Assembly (NCBI GenBank): GCA_963826785.1
Contig: CAWGYD010000006.1
Coordinates: forward strand, 192,001-256,000
Source of the DNA: an uncultured delta proteobacterium
Lineage (GTDB): Bacteria > Desulfobacterota > Desulfobacteria > Desulfobacterales > Desulfosalsimonadaceae
Length of the DNA stretch: 64,000 nt
Reading direction: 5' to 3'
The position numbers and the translations under genes are program-made. Positions 60,985-64,000 of this stretch are shown here, in pieces (within the stretch, counting starts at the first letter, position 1; every line of letters begins with the position of its first letter). The notes below the pieces were generated by a model. The model had not been told where the DNA came from. It was given only the letters and a program-made list of their open reading frames with translations, and made no database searches.

Positions 60985-61743
60985 ATGGCACAAGTCCGGT
61001 TTACCAACCATGCGGGCGAATGTTTGAGCGCCACCCTCCATGAACCCGGCCGGCCAAACGGCGGCGGCCTGGTCATGGGGCACTGCTTCACCTGCTCCCG
61101 GCACACCCGCATCCTGGTTGAACTGGGAGAAGCACTGGCCGGGGCTGGATTATCGGTGCTTCGATTCGATTTTTCCGGAAACGGAGCAAGCGAGGGCAGG
61201 TTTGAACAGTCCACCTATTCAAAGCAGGTGGCCGAGCTTTCATCCGCCATGGATTACCTGGAAGGACAAAAGGTAACGACCTTGTTTCTGGCGGGGCACT
61301 CCATGGGCGGGATGTCCGCCCTGTTTGCCGCCGCCCGGGAGCTCCGGGTCAAAGGAGTGGCGGCCCTCGCGGTGGGGCTGCGGATGCTCTCACCGGAGCG
61401 CCTTTTGAGCAAAGATCAGCAGGCCGCGCTGGAGGAGAACGGATCGGTCCGGTTTTCCAGCCGGGGGCGCGACCTTGACTTGACCCGGGAATTTTTCGAC
61501 GATGCCGCCCGGTTTGACATCCCCGCTGAAATGGGCAGGATCACCTGCCCCGTGCTGCAGGTACATGGCGAAAAAGATGAGATCATGCCCGTTTCTGCCG
61601 CCCGGCAGCTCCATGCCGCCCTTGGCCCGGAATCCGAATGGTTTGAAATCGCCGGCGCCGATCACATGTTTTCAGATCCTAAACACCGAAAGGCGGTGTC
61701 GGAGCGGGTGAGGACATGGATTCATAAAATTTCAACAGTGTGA
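60985..61743 (+). CDS. Alpha/beta hydrolase (OsmC N-terminal/esterase-like)
   Basis: HCFTCS, RFDFSGNG, GHSMGG, HGEKD, GADH. Confidence 0.88.
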   Translation: MAQVRFTNHAGECLSATLHEPGRPNGGGLVMGHCFTCSRHTRILVELGEALAGAGLSVLRFDFSGNGASEGRFEQSTYSKQVAELSSAMDYLEGQKVTTLFLAGHSMGGMSALFAAARELRVKGVAALAVGLRMLSPERLLSKDQQAALEENGSVRFSSRGRDLDLTREFFDDAARFDIPAEMGRITCPVLQVHGEKDEIMPVSAARQLHAALGPESEWFEIAGADHMFSDPKHRKAVSERVRTWIHKISTV

Positions 61744-61791
61744 GACCTGAGCATTTAATATATCATCGAATCACTAATCAGGAGTTCCCCT

Positions 61792-64000
61792 ATGACATGG
61801 TCCGGCCCCTGGAGCGCCCAATATATCGAAAAGCAATATGCGCTGTGGAAAGAAAACCCGGAGCGTCTTGAAAAAGACTGGCGGTTTTTTTTCGAAGGCT
61901 TTGAACTGGGGCTCTCCCCGCCGGAATTCTTCCAGGAAGGCGTCTGCGATGAAGCGACCGCCCGGCTGCAGTCGAAAGTCGAAGCCCTGATTTACCGGTA
62001 CCGGGATATCGGCCATTTGATGTCCTGCCTGGACCCCCTGGAATCGTGCCCCACCGACCATCCGCTGCTCAACGTGGAGGCTTTCGGGCTTTCCACAGAC
62101 GATCTGAACCGGCCGTTTTATGCCCCGGACCTGTATCCGGACGGATCCGTCCCTTTGAAGGAAATCATCGGGCGGCTCAAAAAGACCTACTGCCGTTCCG
62201 TGGGTGTGGAATACATGCACATCCAGGACCCGCAGGAACGGGAATGGCTGCAAAGCCGCATCGAAAATCCGGATCCGGCCGGCGCCGGTGCCGAGGAAAA
62301 GATCTGGATCTTCAAAAAATTATCCCAGGCCAACCGCTTCGAGCAGTTTGTGCACAAAAAATACCTGGGCCAGAAGCGCTTCTCCCTGGAGGGGGCGGAC
62401 GCGGTGCTGCCCATGGTGCATGAGCTGTTCAACCACGCGGCCGGATACGGCTGCGAGCGGGTCATCCTGGGCATGTCCCACAGGGGCCGGTTAAATGTCC
62501 AGGTGAACGTGTTCGGCAAATCCTACGAGGATCTCTTCCGGGAATTCGAGGACCAGCACAACCCCGAAGGCGAGGTGGGCACCGGGGACGTGAAATATCA
62601 CAAGGGGTTTGAATCGACGTTTATTGCCGCCAGCGGGGAAAAAATCCATGCGGTCATGGTCGACAATCCCAGCCACCTGGAGTCGGTGGACCCGGTGGCA
62701 CAAGGCATCGCCCGGGCCTTTCAGGACCGGTTGACCGAAAAAAACGGCGGGGCCGAACAGATCCGGCAGAAGGTGATGCCGGTCCTGCTTCACGGGGACG
62801 CCGGATTTGCCGGCCAGGGGATCGTGGCCGAAACCTTGAACCTTTCCCAGCTTTCCGGGTATGCCACCGGCGGGACCGTCCACATCATCATCAACAACCA
62901 GATCGGATACACCACCCTGCCCGAAGACGCCCGGTCCAGCCGGTATTCCACGGATATGGCCAAGGCGCTGATGATCCCCATCTTCCACGTCCATGGGGAG
63001 GACCCCGAGGCGGTGCTGCGGGTGGTGCGGCTGGCCTGCGACTACCGGATGCACTTTGGAAAGGACGTGGTCATCGATGTGGTCTGCTACCGCCGCTACG
63101 GCCACAACGAGGGGGACGAGCCGTACTTCACCCAGCCCACCCTGTACGAGCGGATCCGCAACCGGCCCACCCTGGACCGACTCTATGCCGAAACCCTGGT
63201 TCAAGCAAACGTCGTGGAAAATGACGCCGTCGAAAATATCCAGAATGATATCGACCACTGCCTGGACACCGCGCTGGAAAAAGCCAGAAATCAACCGCCG
63301 CCTTCTTCCGGCAAAACACCGGATGAGGCCGCCGACGCTGAATCTGCGGACCGCCTTGACGGCAGGACCGCGGTCGCCAAAAAAGAGCTGACGGCCCTTG
63401 CCGAAAAGATCAATTCGGTGCCGGACGGGTTTCATCTGCACGCCAAACTCAAGCGGGTGCTGCTGGACAACCGGCTCAAGGCGGTAAAAGAAGGCAAAGG
63501 GATCGACTGGGCCAATGCGGAGGCCCTGGCCTTTGCCACCTTGCTCAAAGAGGGGCGGCCGGTGCGGTTAAGCGGCCAGGACAGCCAGCGGGGGACCTTC
63601 AGCCAGCGCCACAGCGTTTTATTCGATACACAAACCGGCGACCCCTATGTGCCCCTGGCCCATATCGGCGAAGATCAGGGGCCGTTTTATACGGTAAACA
63701 GCCCCTTGTCCGAAGCCGGGGTAATGGGATTCGATTACGGCTATTCCCTGTACCGCAGGGAAGGGCTCACCTTATGGGAAGCCCAGTTCGGCGATTTCGT
63801 CAACAACGCCCAGGCCATCATCGATCAATATCTTTCCAGCGGGGAGAGCAAATGGCAGAAGAAAAGCGGCCTTACCCTGCTGCTGCCCCATGGCTACGAG
63901 GGGATGGGACCGGAGCACTCCAGCGCCCGCATCGAGCGTTTCCTGCAGCTGGCCGCCGAGGACAACATCATCGTCTGCAACCCCAGCACCCCGGCCCAGT
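61792..64000 (+). CDS. sucA: 2-oxoglutarate dehydrogenase E1 component (3'-truncated by the window edge)
   Basis: AGGAG RBS; KRFSLEG, GMSHRGRLN, GDVKYH, HGDAGFAGQG, SGQDSQRGTFSQRH, WEAQFGDF, LLPHGYEGMGPEHSSAR; absent from the ORF track because it has no stop in the window. Confidence 0.95.
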   Translation, partial: MTWSGPWSAQYIEKQYALWKENPERLEKDWRFFFEGFELGLSPPEFFQEGVCDEATARLQSKVEALIYRYRDIGHLMSCLDPLESCPTDHPLLNVEAFGLSTDDLNRPFYAPDLYPDGSVPLKEIIGRLKKTYCRSVGVEYMHIQDPQEREWLQSRIENPDPAGAGAEEKIWIFKKLSQANRFEQFVHKKYLGQKRFSLEGADAVLPMVHELFNHAAGYGCERVILGMSHRGRLNVQVNVFGKSYEDLFREFEDQHNPEGEVGTGDVKYHKGFESTFIAASGEKIHAVMVDNPSHLESVDPVAQGIARAFQDRLTEKNGGAEQIRQKVMPVLLHGDAGFAGQGIVAETLNLSQLSGYATGGTVHIIINNQIGYTTLPEDARSSRYSTDMAKALMIPIFHVHGEDPEAVLRVVRLACDYRMHFGKDVVIDVVCYRRYGHNEGDEPYFTQPTLYERIRNRPTLDRLYAETLVQANVVENDAVENIQNDIDHCLDTALEKARNQPPPSSGKTPDEAADAESADRLDGRTAVAKKELTALAEKINSVPDGFHLHAKLKRVLLDNRLKAVKEGKGIDWANAEALAFATLLKEGRPVRLSGQDSQRGTFSQRHSVLFDTQTGDPYVPLAHIGEDQGPFYTVNSPLSEAGVMGFDYGYSLYRREGLTLWEAQFGDFVNNAQAIIDQYLSSGESKWQKKSGLTLLLPHGYEGMGPEHSSARIERFLQLAAEDNIIVCNPSTPAQ

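Overview
This is a GC-rich bacterial chromosomal window. The host is probably an anaerobic Desulfobacterales-type deltaproteobacterium; that is inferred from gene families, not proven. I found no rRNA, tRNA or CRISPR array. Recognisable genes include a gspC fragment, a GMC oxidoreductase, an aldo/keto reductase, a small defence patch (two tandem HNH nucleases, one of sulfur-binding-domain type), DUF2339/DUF3999, a GH144-like glucanase, a complete cyoABCDE operon, a FadR-regulated glycyl-radical-enzyme operon, iscU-iscS, ftsH, msrAB, several PAS kinases, fadL and the start of sucA. The most unusual signals are: (i) a HUH/Y1 (RAYT-like) transposase bounded by perfect terminal inverted repeats, with a possible TA duplication and a mini-copy in tandem; (ii) a 132-bp MITE inserted in frame into a methyltransferase, plus REP-like palindromes translated into three proteins; (iii) an unassigned single-Cys glycyl radical enzyme co-transcribed with a tandem split-barrel flavoprotein; (iv) a 70-aa glutaredoxin-like selenoprotein with two in-frame UGA codons, missed by the ORF track; (v) an IscS lacking the PLP-binding lysine; (vi) an acyl-reductase/DUF2156 gene pair. 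All family calls come from motif recognition by eye and need HMM confirmation.
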